DNA from: Isurus oxyrinchus
Taxonomy: Eukaryota
Reading direction: 5' to 3'
NCBI GenBank assembly: GCA_026770705.1
Contig: JANJGN010000007.1
Coordinates: 96,720,001-96,784,000, forward strand
DNA: 64,000 nt
The position numbers were made by a program, and so were the translations under genes. The first letter of the stretch is position 1. Every line of letters starts with the position of its first letter. Below are positions 1-13,011 of the stretch, in pieces. The notes under the pieces were generated by a model. It was not told the origin of the DNA and did not search any database. It saw only the letters and a list, made by a program, of their open reading frames with translations.

Positions 1-20
1 TGAGTATTGTTGAAAAAGGA

Positions 21-760
21 TATTTTGTCAAAGCTTTTTGTCTTGCAGTCATCAGATCAATCTCAAGAATTCCAATATCAGGGAAAGCAACAACTTTATC
101 GTGCATGAGAAGAGAGTGCTAATTAGTTGACAAGTGGACTTTGATTGGTAGAGGCGATGCCATGGAAAGTGCACCAGTTAATGGTGACTGACAGTTAACG
201 GCCAAGCATTGTTTGGAATTTATATCAGGCAGCTTGATTCTGACTGGTCGAGGTATTGCCCTGAGGAATGAATGGCTATTACTTATTTTGTTTAGCTGAA
301 ACAGACAATGTGCCTATACATACAGCAATGTGTATATACCTTATTTCCTTCTGCAATGATCAGGGCCTTGTGTATTAATATGTGCAGCTTCCAGTACACG
401 CAAATATGCCACACTGCAATTCTGACTCACATTCTTAAATTGGTTGTTCGCGTAATTCTTGGCACACCTTTGACAAAACTTGGCACAAATTTGACAGTTG
501 TTGTCGAATTGCGTAATCACACTGAATGTTCGTCACTGTGTTTTGAACTTTTTAAGCACGGGCTGGTTGTGTACAGCCTGTACCTTCCCCATTGCGAACA
601 GCAGAAGGTACACGTTGTTTGATACAATCTGCCAGTCTCTGTACGTATGTCCTACCTACCTACCAACATACTGGCACAAACATTCATATACCACATTATT
701 CATGTGTGTGATAGGCTTTGGCATTCTTGTGGTTGTCCTGATGAGTGCAAGACAAAATGC
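21..760 (-). mobile_element. Penelope-like element remnant (GIY-YIG endonuclease end) flanked by inverted terminal repeats
   Basis: Minus strand 340-703 reads NNVVYE-C..YVGR...(LAD)CIKQ..CAKNYANNQFK...LRVLEAAHINTQGP with stops/frameshifts. Bases 31-75 are an imperfect inverted repeat of 718-760. Confidence 0.75.
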
Positions 761-1439
761 CCCTTTTCAGCGCCACTGTCATCTATTTGTTAGATTATAA
801 GTTTAAAACTGTTTTGATGTATCTAACTTTCAAAGGATATAAGTACAATTACAGTGTATTCTTACAACAAAAAATATGTAGCCAAATATTCAAGGCTCTT
901 AATTTCAACAACCTATCAAATAACATGCTGGGGACCCGTGAATAAATTCCTGTCTCTGAAAAAAAAGTAGCTCTGTGGTGAGGAAGCACAGCTCTAGCAG
1001 AAACGTTGTTGGATGCAGTACAGCTTGATTAATGCAATGAAGTTTTATACGAACATGTCAATAATGTCGGGCGAGTAAAGACATCATGGTTTATCCATCC
1101 TACTCCAGACAACTGTAAAACATTGTGGGTGACAATATATACACTTGACGCCCCAATGGAACTGCTTCCTTGGTGGAGGGAAACAAACGGATTGAATTCA
1201 GTTCAAATGTGAGGGAAATATATGTAGGAAATTTCTCTCTAGCCCATCTTGACCATCAAAACTAGCCCGGGAAATCGCCTTTGCGCCGAATCCCCGAAGT
1301 CACTGTCGTTTATAGGAGGAAATGGCCACTCCACCCAGAACCAGGTCAAGGTCACCTTTGACAAAACTCAACGTATCAACCTCTAACACACGAGACAGAA
1401 ACTTGTTCCAAGGATGCACGATTTATAATCTATATTAAT

Positions 1440-2350
1440 TATGTAGATGAAGAAAATGGAGTCATGCACATTCTATATATGTGTAAGGTTTTCTGATGAC
1501 ACAAAGGATGGAAATGTGAGGACATAGAGAGGCTGTAAAGAGATACAGGCAGGTTATGTGAGTCCACAACAAGATAGCAGATAGAGTATTGAATGAGGAA
1601 ATGCAATGTTATACACATTGCTTGTAAGAATAGAAAACTAGAACATTATATGAACGGATTAAACTCCTTAAGGTTGATGTTCAAAGACAGTTGGATGTGC
1701 TTGTGCAAGGAACACAGAAAGTTAGTATGCAGGTACTGTCGTCATTTGGAAGGCAAATTGCATATTGGTCTTTATTGCAAGGCATTGGATGACAAAAAAA
1801 AAATAATTATTGGTACAATTGTATAAGGCTTTGTTTAGACCACACCTGCAATACTGTGTGCACTTTTGGTAACCGTATTTAAGGAAGGATATACTTGTAT
1901 TAAATGCAGTGCGACGAAGGTTCATTAGATGCAGGGCGAATGTGTTGTGAGAGGCTGCGTAAATTCGGCTTACCATTCTCTGTAATTTAGAAGACTATGA
2001 AGTGATCCTATTTAAACATGCAAAGTTCTGAAGGGCTTAACAATTAGGCACTAAGAGGTTGTTTAACCTGGCTGGGGAATCTAAATCCTGCAGCACAGTC
2101 CTTGGATAAGGGGACAGTCATTTAGGTTTGGAATGAGGAGAAATTTCTTCACTGAAAGGTTTGGGAATCTTTTGAATTCTGCGCCCCAGATATTGGTAGA
2201 TGTTCTATCCTTGAATGCATTTATGACTGAGATTGGCAGATAAAGTGTGAAATGGATGAGAAAGTGAAGTTGAAGCTGAAGGTCAGGCAAGGTGGTATTG
2301 AATAGAGGAGCAAGTTTGATGGCCCACATTGTCTATTCCTGCTCCTATTC
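1440..2350 (+). mobile_element. CR1-clade LINE 3' fragment (decayed RT C-terminus and 3' UTR)
   Basis: Residual KCNVIH, LYKALFRPHLQYCVHFW motifs and CR1-type 3' end. Confidence 0.8.
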
Positions 2351-2399
2351 CTTTTTGAAAGGAGCCACATTCTGACATCTGAGCTAGGTGCATTCTTTT

Positions 2400-4910
2400 A
2401 CATAATAACACAAAGTGTTGTGGATTGGAAAAAGTAACACTGATGTGTAAGAAAGGACGGAGACAGAAGGCAGGTCTCTTGAGCTGGTTAGTCTAATATC
2501 TGTTATAGCTAAAATGCCAGAATTCATTAATAAGGAGTTAGCAGCATCACACTTAAAAAATCATAATAATATTAGGCAGAGTCAACATGATTTAGTGAAA
2601 GGGAAACCATACTGGACAAATTTGTTAGGGATCTTTGAGGATGTAACAAACAGGGTGGAAAAAAAAGAACCAATAGGTATAGTGGATTTGCATTTTCAAA
2701 ATACATTAAGGAATGCATGCATGAACTAAAGCAACTATTCATTCCCGTGTCACGTAAAAATAAAACAGGAAAGGTTGCTCAACCATGGCTTACAAAATAA
2801 ATTAGGAATTGCAGCAGGTCCAAGGAGTAGACATGTCAAATTGGCAGAAAAAACAGCAAGTCTGAAGATTGAGAGCAGTTTAGAATTCAGCAAAAGTGAC
2901 GAAAAGACTGATCAAGAAGTGGAAAATTGAATATGAAAATAAATTAGCAAAGATCATACAAACTGACTGTAAAATCTTTTATAAATATGTGAAGATAAAA
3001 AGATTAGCAAAGACAAGTGTAGGTCCCTTACAAACAGAAACGGGGGAAATTATAATGGGAAACAAAGGAATGGCAGAAGGATTGAACACAGATTTTGGTT
3101 CACAAAAGAAGACACAGATAATTTCCCATTATATATAAGGAAGCAAAGGTTGGTTGAGAGGGAGGAATTGAGGAAAATCAGTATTAGTAAAACAAATGGT
3201 GCTATGGAAATTAATGGGGTTAAAGGCTAAAAATCCCCAGGGCCTGATAATCTACACCCCAGATTACTAAAGGTAGTGGCCCTGGAAATATTGGATGCAT
3301 TGTTGGTCATCTTCCAAAATTCTACAGACTCTGTAGCAGTTCCTACAGATTGGAGTGTGGCAAATGTAACCCCACTATTTAAGAAAGGACAGAAAGAAAA
3401 GAAAAAAACAGAGAATTACAGACCAAATAGTCTAACATCAGTTGTGGGGAAAATGCTAGAGCCTGTTATAAAAGATGTGGTAACAGAACACTTGGAAAGC
3501 ATTAACAGGATTAGAAAAAGTCAGCATTGGTTTATGAAAGGAAAATCATGCTTACCTAATCTGTTGGAGTTTTTTGAAGATGTAAATAGAATAGATAAGG
3601 GAGAACCAGTGGATGTGGTGCAATTGAATTTGAAGAAGGCTTTTGATAAGGTTCCACATAAGAGGCTAGTGGGAAAAATTAAAGCACATGGGATCAGGTG
3701 TAGTATACCGGCATTGATTGAGAATTGGTTGACAGAGCGGAAACAGGGAATGGGAATAAATGGGTCTTTTTCTGGGTGGGAGGCGGTGACTAGTCGTGTA
3801 CCGCAGGGGTCAGTGCTTGGGCCCCGGCTATTCACGATATCTACAAATGACTTGGATGAGGGAACCAAATACAATATTTCCAAGTTTGCCAATGACTCAA
3901 AACTGGGCGGGGCTGTGAGTTGTGAGGAGGATGCAAGGAGGCTTCAGGGCGATTTAGACAGGTTGCGTGTGTGGGCAACGCATGGCAGATGCGGTAAAAC
4001 GTGGATAAATGTGAAGTTCTATGCTTTGGTGTGAAAAAAAAACCCAGAAAGGCATGGCATTATTTACATGGTGATATATTGGGAAATGTGTATGCACAAA
4101 GGGATTTGGGTGTCCTTGTACACCAGTCAATGAAAGTAAATAGGCAGCATCCAAAAGCAATTCAGAAGGCAAATGGTATGTTGGTCTTCATTCCAAGATG
4201 ATTTGAGTTCAGAAATAGGGATGTCTTATTGCAGTTATACAGGGCCTTCGTGAGACCACACCTGGAGTAATACGTGAAATTTTGGCCTCTATCACTAAGA
4301 AAAGTATAAACCTAAGAAATGCCATAGAGGCAGTGCGATGAGAGTTCACAAGGCTGATACTGGGGCTGGCAGGACTATCGTATGAGGAGAGATTGTTTCG
4401 AGGGGATCTAATTAAAACTTATAAAATTCTAACAGGGCTAGGCAGACTGGATGCAGGGAGGATATTTCCCCTAGTCGGGAGTCTAGAACCGGGGACCCAG
4501 TCTCAAGATATGGGGCATGCCATTTTAGGCTGAGATGAGGAAAGGTTTCTTCACTCAGAGGGTAGTTAACCTGTGGAATTCCCTACCACAGAAGGCTGTA
4601 GAGGCTGGGTCACTGAGTATATTCTAGAAATATTTTGATGCATTTTTGGATATTAAGGGCATAAAGAGATATTGAGAGAATATATTGAGAGGGATATAGC
4701 GTTGGGATAGATGATCAGCCATGGTCATATTGAATGGCAGAGCAGGCTCGAAGGGCTGAATGCCCTACTCCTGCTCCTAGTTTCTATGTTTCTATTCCAT
4801 AAGGTGCAAGAGAAAAGGTTACTAAAGAGGGCAAGAGCTCAAGGTGTTGGGGTAATATAATAGCATGGATAGAGCATCAGCTAACAATAGGAAACAGAGA
4901 GTCAGGAATT
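2400..4910 (+). mobile_element. CR1 LINE RT region (~2730-4795) inserted in an older CR1 fragment (~2400-2720 and ~4800-4910)
   Basis: ORF 3276-4034 has NYRP.SLTSVVGK, KAFDKVPH, VPQGSVLGP, KFAND RT motifs. TTCTATGTTTCTAT tail at ~4781-4795. The older element's DLHFQ...DKV motif is split by the insertion. Confidence 0.88.
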
Positions 4911-7040
4911 TTTTCATTCATTCATGGGATGTGGGCATCGTGGGCTAGTTCAGTATTTATTGCCCATCCCTAATTGCCCTTGTGAAGTTGGTTGTGAGCT
5001 GCTTTCTTGAACCTCTGCAGTCCATGTGGTGTAACTACACGCACAGTGTGTTGGGAAAGGAGTTCCATGATTTTGACCCAACAACAGTGAAGGAACGGTG
5101 ATATATTTCCAAGTCAGGTTGGTGAATGACTTCCAGGGGAACTTCCAACTGGTATTGTCCCCATGTGTCTGCTGTCCTTGTCTTGGTTGCAGTCGTGGGG
5201 TTGGAAGGCACTGTCTAAGGAGGCAAGGTGAGTTCCTGCAGTGCATCTTGTAGATGGTACCCACTGTTGCTATTGTGTGTTGGTGGTGGAGGAAGTGAAT
5301 ATTTGTGGATGTGGTCTCAATGAAGAGGGCTGCTTCGCCCTGGATGAAGTCCTGCTTCTTGAGTGTTGTTGGAGCTGCCCTCAGCCAGGAAATTGGAGAA
5401 TATTCCATCACACTCTTGACTTGTGCCTTGCAGATGGTGGACAAACTTCAGGAAGTCAGGAGGTGAGTTACTCGCTACAGGATTCCTAGCCTCTGATCTG
5501 CTGTTGCAGCCACAACTGAAGATGTTTGGATCTAGGACACAACCCTGACAAAATCCTACAGTGATATCCCAGAACTGAGATGATTGAAGTCCAACAACCA
5601 CAACCATCTTCCTTTGTGCAAGGTATGACTCCAACCAGTGGAGTGTTTTCCCCTGATTCCCACTGACCCCAGTTTTGTTGGGGATCCTTGATCACTCAGC
5701 CAAGTGCTGCCTTGATGTCAAGAGCACTCACCCTCGCCTCACCTCAGTTGTTCAGCTCTTCTGTCCATGTTTGAAATAAAGATGTAATGATGTCACGAAT
5801 TGATTAATCCTTGTGGAATTCAAACTGAGCGTCAGTGTGCAGATTATTGCCAAGTAAATGCTGCTTGACATCACTGTTGTGGAACCCTTCCATGAGTTTA
5901 CTGATGATCGAGAGTAGACTGGTAGGCCGGGTTGGATTTTCTATGCTTTATGCAAACAGAACATACCTGGGTAATTTCCCACATTGCCGGAGAGATACCA
6001 GTGTTGTAGCTGTAATGGAACATGGAAAACTCTCGGAATATTGTCAAGGCCCATAGAATTTGCAGTATCTAATGCCTTCAGCCGTTTCCTGATATCACGT
6101 GGATTTAATCAAATTGTCTGAAGACTGGCATCTGTGATGCTGGGGACTTCTGAAAGAGGCCGAGATGGATCATCTACTCGTTACATCTGGCTGAAGATTG
6201 TTGCAAATGTTTCAGCCAAGCCTTTTACACTGATGTGCTGGACTCCCCCATCACTGACAATGGGGATATTTGTGGAGCCTCCTCCTGCAGTCACAATTGG
6301 ATACGGCAGGACTGCAGAGCTTAGATCTGATCCGTTGGTTTTAGAATCACTTAGCTCTGTCTATCACTTGTGGCTTATGCTGTTTGTCATGGAAGTAGCC
6401 CTGAGTTGTAGCTTCAGCAGGCTGCAGCCTCATTCTTAGTTCTTCCTGCTGCTGTTCCTGGCATGTTCATCCCCTGGCTTGATAATAATAGTAGAATGGG
6501 AGATATGCAGGGCAATGAGGTTAATATTGTGGTTAAATGCAATTCTGTTGCTGCTGATGGCCCATAGCACCTCTTCTAGGTCCAGTCTTGAGTTACTAGC
6601 TCTGTTCGAAATCTATCCCATTTAGTGTCATGGTAGTGCTACGCAACATGCTGGATGGTATCCTCAATGTGAATACGCGACTTCATCTTCACAAGGACTC
6701 TTGACAACCAGGTAGTCACTTTTATCCATACATGGACAGGCGCATCTGTGGCAGACAGCTTGTTCAGGATGAAGTCAGGTATATTTTCCCCTATGCCATT
6801 TAGTCTCAGCCAGCTCGGTCAGTAGTGGTGCTACCAAATCACTGTTGGTGCTGGGCATTGAAGTCCCTCACCCAGAATAAATTCTGCTCCCTTCCTACCC
6901 TCAGTGTTCCCACTAAATTATTTCCAACATGGGGGAGTACTGGTTCATCAGCTGAGGGCCGCAGCGGGTTGGGGGGTGGTGGTGGTGTGGGTAGCAGAGT
7001 TGGGGATGGCGTTATGTAGTAATCACAGGAGGTTTACTGC
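4910..7040 (-). mobile_element. CR1/L2-group LINE, second family (3' end CCCACATCCCATGAATGAA)
   Basis: Minus-strand ORF pieces STICKAQVKSVMEYSP and SYLAQRKMVVVVG; same family as 10190-10670, 55130-57385 and 62390-64000. Confidence 0.8.
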
Positions 7041-9900
7041 CATAGAGCCATGTAACATTAGAAATATTATGGTGCAGAAAGAGGTCATTCAGCCCAATGT
7101 GTCTGCACTGGCCAAAAAAGAGACAAATAGAATCGAGTCACTCATTTTAATTCCACATTCCAGCACCTGACCCATAGCCTTGCAGGTTAAAGCACTTTAG
7201 GTGTAGATCCAGGAGTTTTTTTTTTAAATGGTTGAGTGTTTCAGACTCAACCACCAATTCAGGCAATGAACTCTAGATGCCCACTGCCCTCTGGATGAAA
7301 AAACGTTTTCTCATATCCCCTCTCATCCTTCTACTAAACACCTTAACTCAATGTCCCCAAGCAAATTACCCCACAGGTAAGGAAAGCATGTCTTTCTTTC
7401 TACCCAGCCTAGGCCCTTCTAAACTTTGTACACCTCAGTTATTCTCCCATCAGCCGTCGATGTTCTAGGGAAAACAACCCTATTCTATCAAATCTTTCTT
7501 CACAGCTGCAGTTTTCAAGCCATAGCAACATTCTTGTAAATCTCCTCTGTACTGTCTTCAGAGCAATTATGTTCTTCCTGTAATGTAACCAGAACTGTGT
7601 GAAAGATTCCAGCTGTGTCCTCACCACCATTTTAAACTTTTCTATCATTCAATACCTCATCCAGTAAAGGAAAACATTCTATATGCTTTTTACCACTTTA
7701 TCCACCTGTCCTCTCACCTTCAGGGATCTGTCGACATGCACTGCAACATATCTCATTTCCTCTTACCCTCTCAATATACTCCTGTTTATTGAGTATTCCT
7801 TTGCTTTGATTACCGTTCCCAAATGCATTATGTCATGCTTTTCAGGATTGAATTCCATTTTCCACTTTTCCGCCCACACAACCAAACCATTGATATAATT
7901 TTGAAGTCAACAGCTTTCCTCTTCATTATTAATTACATGACCAATTTTTGTGTCATCTGAAAATTTCCCATTCATGCTTCCCACATTGAATTCCAAATCA
8001 ATCATATATACAACAAACAGCAAAAAGCCCAACACAGCCCTCTGGAACACCACTGGCAACCGCTGTCCATTCGCAAAAAAAAAACATCAATCGCCCATTA
8101 TTTTTTGTTTCTTGTCGTTGAACCAACCTTGGATCCAACTCGTCACCCTAGCTTATATCCCATTGGATTGTACATTTCTGATGAGTCTGCCATTTGGGAC
8201 CTTGTCAAATGCCTTACTAAAACATATCCATACAATACCCATGGCATGAGCCTCAGCAATCCTCTTTGTTACTTCCTCAAAAAATTCGATTAAATTGGTA
8301 AGACACGATCTTCCCCGAACAAAACCATGCTGACCATCCCCGCTTAATCTGTGCCTTTCTAAATGTCAGTTTATTCTGTCTTTCATAATTGATTCCAATA
8401 ATTAGTTCACCAGAGAATTGAGACTGACGAGACTATAATTTTCTGGCTCATCTTTTGCACAACTTTAAATAATAGTGCTACGTTCACAGAAATCTACTCC
8501 CCTGATGTCTCGCTTGTATTTAGTATGGATTTGAAATTCCTAATAAGAGCATCCGTTATTCCCTCCCTGGCTTCCTCTAACAGCCTGCCAAACAATTTAT
8601 TTGGCCCTGGTGATTTATCCACCTTCAAGGATGCCAGTCCCTTCAGTACTTCCTCTATCACTATGCTTATCCAATATTTTACACTCTGCCTCTTTGACTA
8701 GACTGTCCTTAGTGAAGACAGAGGCAAAGCAATCATTGAAAACCCTGCCCGCACCTTCAGCATCAACGCCCAAATTGCCATGTACATCTCTGATAGGGCC
8801 AATACTCTCCTTAGCTCTTCTCTTGCCCTTAATATACTGGTAAAACATCTTCGGGTTTCCTTTGATTTTACCTGCTAATGTGTTTTCATTTCCTCTCTTT
8901 TCATTCCTAATTTAATTTTTTTACTTCATCTCTGTGCTTTCTATATTCCTCTAGGCGTCTTGCAGTATTAAACTTGTAGTGACTGTCATTAGCTTTCTTT
9001 TTCTGCTTTGTCTTACCTTGTATGTTTCTGGAAAACCAGAGGACTCCAGATTTGGCAGTAGCATCCTTTTCCTTTGTGGGGTCATGCCTACACAGTGCCT
9101 GTTGAATGTCGCTTTTGAATGTCTCACTGATTTGACACTGTTTCCCCTTCTAATAGCTGTACCTAGTCCAATTTTGCCAGTTCACCTCTCAGCTTTGTAA
9201 AGCTTGTCTTCCTCAAATTTAGAAATTTTCCTCCTGCTCTATCTTTGTCTTTCTCCCTCATGATGCTAAATCTAAATGTATCATGGCGACAATTCCAAAT
9301 TAGAGATTGCTACTTCATCCACTTGCCCAGCCTGATTTCCTAAGACAAAATCTATAATTGCATGCCCTCCCATTGGGCTTGTTATGTGCTGGCTAAAAAC
9401 ATTCTCTTGATCACAGTTCAAGAATTCTGTGTCCTCAGTGCCCTTCACACTGTTAGTATCCTAACTGATATTAGGGTATTTGAAGTCCCCAACTATTACT
9501 GTCCTGTTGTTTTTGTACTCAGGAATTTGCCTACATATTTGCGCTTCTAACTCCCATCCACAATTTGGAGGTCGATAGGACATTAGCGGTGTGGCTGTGC
9601 CTTATTTATTTCTGAGCTCAACCCATATGGCCTCATTTGATGCCTCATTTAGCATATCATCCTTCCTCAGAGATATAATTGCTCCCTTAACCAACAATGC
9701 TACACCTTCCACCATTTTTATCCCCTTCCCTATTCTGCTTGAAAGCTCTATAACCAGGGAAGTTGAGCTGCCATTTTTGCTGTCTTTAAGCTGGGTTTTT
9801 GTTACAGTAAGGATATCATGCTACCACACGTCTATCTGTGCCTGAAGTTCATTGGCTTTATTTGCTGTGCTCTCTGCATTTACGCATGGGCAATAAATGC
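7041..9900 (-). mobile_element. CR1 LINE, decayed (endonuclease-RT-3' tail)
   Basis: Minus-strand ORF pieces FYQYIKGKRRAKESIGP and VQRRFTRML; CR1 3' end near 7041-7110. Confidence 0.82.
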
Positions 9901-10189
9901 TGCCAAGCCAGCTAAATTCACATCCTATGCAAGAATAATAAAAACATCTTCTTTCAGATGGTTGTTAGTCTTTGGAATTCTCTTTGACAGAGAGAAGTGT
10001 CTTGAAATCAGCATTGTGATGATAATGAATCTGAGCAACTTAGCGCTAATGGCAGGTAAAAGGACGAGACAGCATAACTCCTCTTATAATCAATTCCCGT
10101 ATGCATGTCCACCAAAATCCAAATTGATTTGAGGCATCCATTCATGGCGATGCTAATGTACTATTCGAGACGTATGTACTCTCCACGTG

Positions 10190-10670
10190 CCTGGATAGTG
10201 CAGCTCCAACAACACTCAAGGAGCTTCAAACCATCCAAGACAAAGCAGCCCGCTTGATTGGCACCACATCCATAAACATTCACTCCATCTACCACCGACG
10301 CACAGTAGCAGCAGTCGTGTACCATCTATAAGATGCACTGCAGGATCTCACCAAGGTACCTTAGACAGCACCTTCAAAACCCGCAAACCCTCCCAACTAG
10401 AAGAACAAGTGCAGTGGCTCGATGGGAACACCGCCACCTGCAACTTCCCTCCAAGCCACTCAGCAAACTGACTTGGAAATAGGTCCCCATTCCTTCACTG
10501 TCCTTAGGTCAAAATTCAGAAACTCTGTTCCTATCAGCACCATGGGTGTACATACACAACATGGACTGCAGCAGTTCAAGAAGGCAGCTCACCACCACCT
10601 TCTCAAGGGCAATTAGGGATCGGCATTAACTGCTAGCCTAGCCAGCGACACCCACATACCATGAAAAAAA
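10190..10670 (+). mobile_element. 3' fragment of the second LINE family
   Basis: Reverse-complement match to 4910-5420; ends CCCACATACCATGAAAAAAA. Confidence 0.8.
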
Positions 10671-12892
10671 TAAGAAACAAGAATACTAGATATTTGCGTC
10701 TATGTTGTTCTTTACCCAGAAGGCTGGGTAAGTGGTCAGCATTCACACTGCCCACATACACAACAGTGGAATTACATTGGTTTCATATAACTTTTTGTTC
10801 ATGAGGTCAATCTCTCAACATATTAAGATCTACCGAAGCAGAAGAAAATTGTCTGCAGTTAAGACTCATACACACATCTTGGTAAAGTTTGCAGCATGTG
10901 CCCACAGCACCAATATCCAAATGATTAATATAAATCAAGAAGGCCTTCACTGATATTGGCCATTGCGGGCATTATAGGGTGCAAGTCTCCAAATGGATCA
11001 TAAGCCGTCAATAACTATCATTGTCTGCGACTTGCAGCCAACTCCCAATCGAATTCATCATATGGCACTGCCATATCAAATGCTTTTTGGAAGTCTAAGT
11101 AGACAATGACAGCTGGGCTTGAATCATACACGAATTTCAGAATTTCTTCAAGTATACAATTATACTTTTAAGACATATTCTATCTTCCCGTTTATAAACG
11201 TATGTTTTGCGGCTCTAAAACGAGGTGACTTTTCCAAGGAATCATATGTTCTATCCCTAATGATTCCTTTAAGCATCGTTACGAGCACTGATATCAAATT
11301 AATGGTTTATATTTGATTGGGTCCAGCTTATTACCTTTGCATAGAACAAGGGATGAGGGTCACATTAGGTTCCTTGAATCCACGAGAAGCACATCAGAGT
11401 GCAGTAACCTATAAAAAAATAGATCCTAAAGATGTGATGCCTTGAGTGCTCTTTGCTGTATATCATTGGAACATCCAATCATCAAAATTTAATTACACAA
11501 ATGGGAATGCAGTAGCTGATTGTATGCTGGCTTTTGATGTACTTTAATCTCTGAATTCCTACAAGCAATGACAGGATGTTGCAAACTGTAATGCAGGTTA
11601 AGAACTTAACTGACTAATTAAGTGAAACAATTCATCGACAGTCTTAGTGTGAAAGTGTGGTCTTTGCACGTATATTAGTAAAATACTTCTAGGCTTTTGT
11701 TCACGCATTGACACTCTTTTCAAGCCAACTGAAATGAGGCTTCTTCTGCATTTGGCAGCCTTGCTGAATTATGTTTTTATCATAATCGTATCGCTGTCTC
11801 GGTAAAAAGAAAGGAAATGGCTTATTAGTCTGTTTCCGTGTAGGCAAGTCTAAAATTAAACGCACACATTTCGATTGCAACATAATGATCTAATAACACA
11901 CGTGGGGTTATTGGCTGGAATGATGTTACATAATCCCTCAATATCAATGCAAAATTACATACACATTTTCAGTTAAAATGTACATAATTTCAGTTTGATG
12001 CTCTATTTGCTGAAAGTACACTGGATCTTATTCATAAATGTCTGATTGTTTAAAGTTTAATATTCCTGATTTGTTCACTGAAATACCTCAGTGGTTGTAT
12101 TATAAAATTGATTTGTTAACATATTGTTAACACCATCAGTGATGGCCCGCAATTGATTTCCCAACTGTTAAATCAATGTCAAACATTAACTCAATTTTTT
12201 AAAACTGTACTTCTACGCAGTGCTGGACATAGTCGGGGATTTTTTTTAACTACTTAGGAAGATTAGAATATAGGGCTTAGGAACAGGAGAAGGCTTTTCC
12301 GCCCTTTGAGTCTGCTCCGCCATTCAATAAGATTACGGCTGATATGGTATTGGTCTCAACACCACTTTGACGTCTGCAACCCCGATAACCACTGACTCCT
12401 CTGTCTATGAAAAATTTGTCTAACTCAGCTTTGAATAAATTCAATGATCTAGCCCCCACTGCTTTCTGGGGAAGAGAATTCCACATACTTACGACCCTTT
12501 GAGAGAGAAAAAAATCTTCTCATGTCAGTCTTAAAGGGTAAACCTCTTATTCCCTGGTTCTCGTCTCACCAGCAAGAGGAACCATGCTCCGGGTATCCAC
12601 GCTATCATGTTCCACCAGGATCTTATATATTTCAATAAGATTACCTCTCATTAATCTAAACTCCATTGGGTATAGGCCAAACCTATTGAACTATTCTTCA
12701 AAAGATAAGCCCCTCATCCCAGGAATGAGTGGCGTGAACCTTCTCTGAACTGCTTCTAATGCAATTATCTGTTCTTAAAACATGGAGACTTAAATTGTAC
12801 ACAATACAACTGATGTGGTCTCACAAATGTCCTCTACAGCTGCTGCAAAACGCCCCTATTTTTATTTTCCACCCTTTGCAATAAACACCTCG

Positions 12893-13011
12893 GGGCGGAA
12901 TGTTGCCCGTGGTGGGCATGCGGGCCCCATTGGCTTGGCGGCGGGCGGACAACTGACCACCGCCACAGAAACGGGACCTGGTGCCATATGGCCAACGGGA
13001 AAATTCTGGCC
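12893..13011. mobile_element. ~120-bp Harbinger-type MITE/remnant inside CR1 'A'
   Basis: GC-rich island with ends GGGCGGAATGTTGCCC / GGGAAAATTCTGGCC, resembling the Harbinger TIR at 16064; CR1 sequence continues on both sides. Confidence 0.55.

Noticed and set aside
308-945. Short plus-strand ORFs here and similar ones across the track
   Set aside because: Antisense or off-frame readings of retroelement remnants without domain or splice support.
9991-10055. Exon-like segment with good acceptor and donor
   Set aside because: The phase 1-0 frame matching gene 1 cytoplasmic exon 1 has stops, and there is no similarity to family exons.
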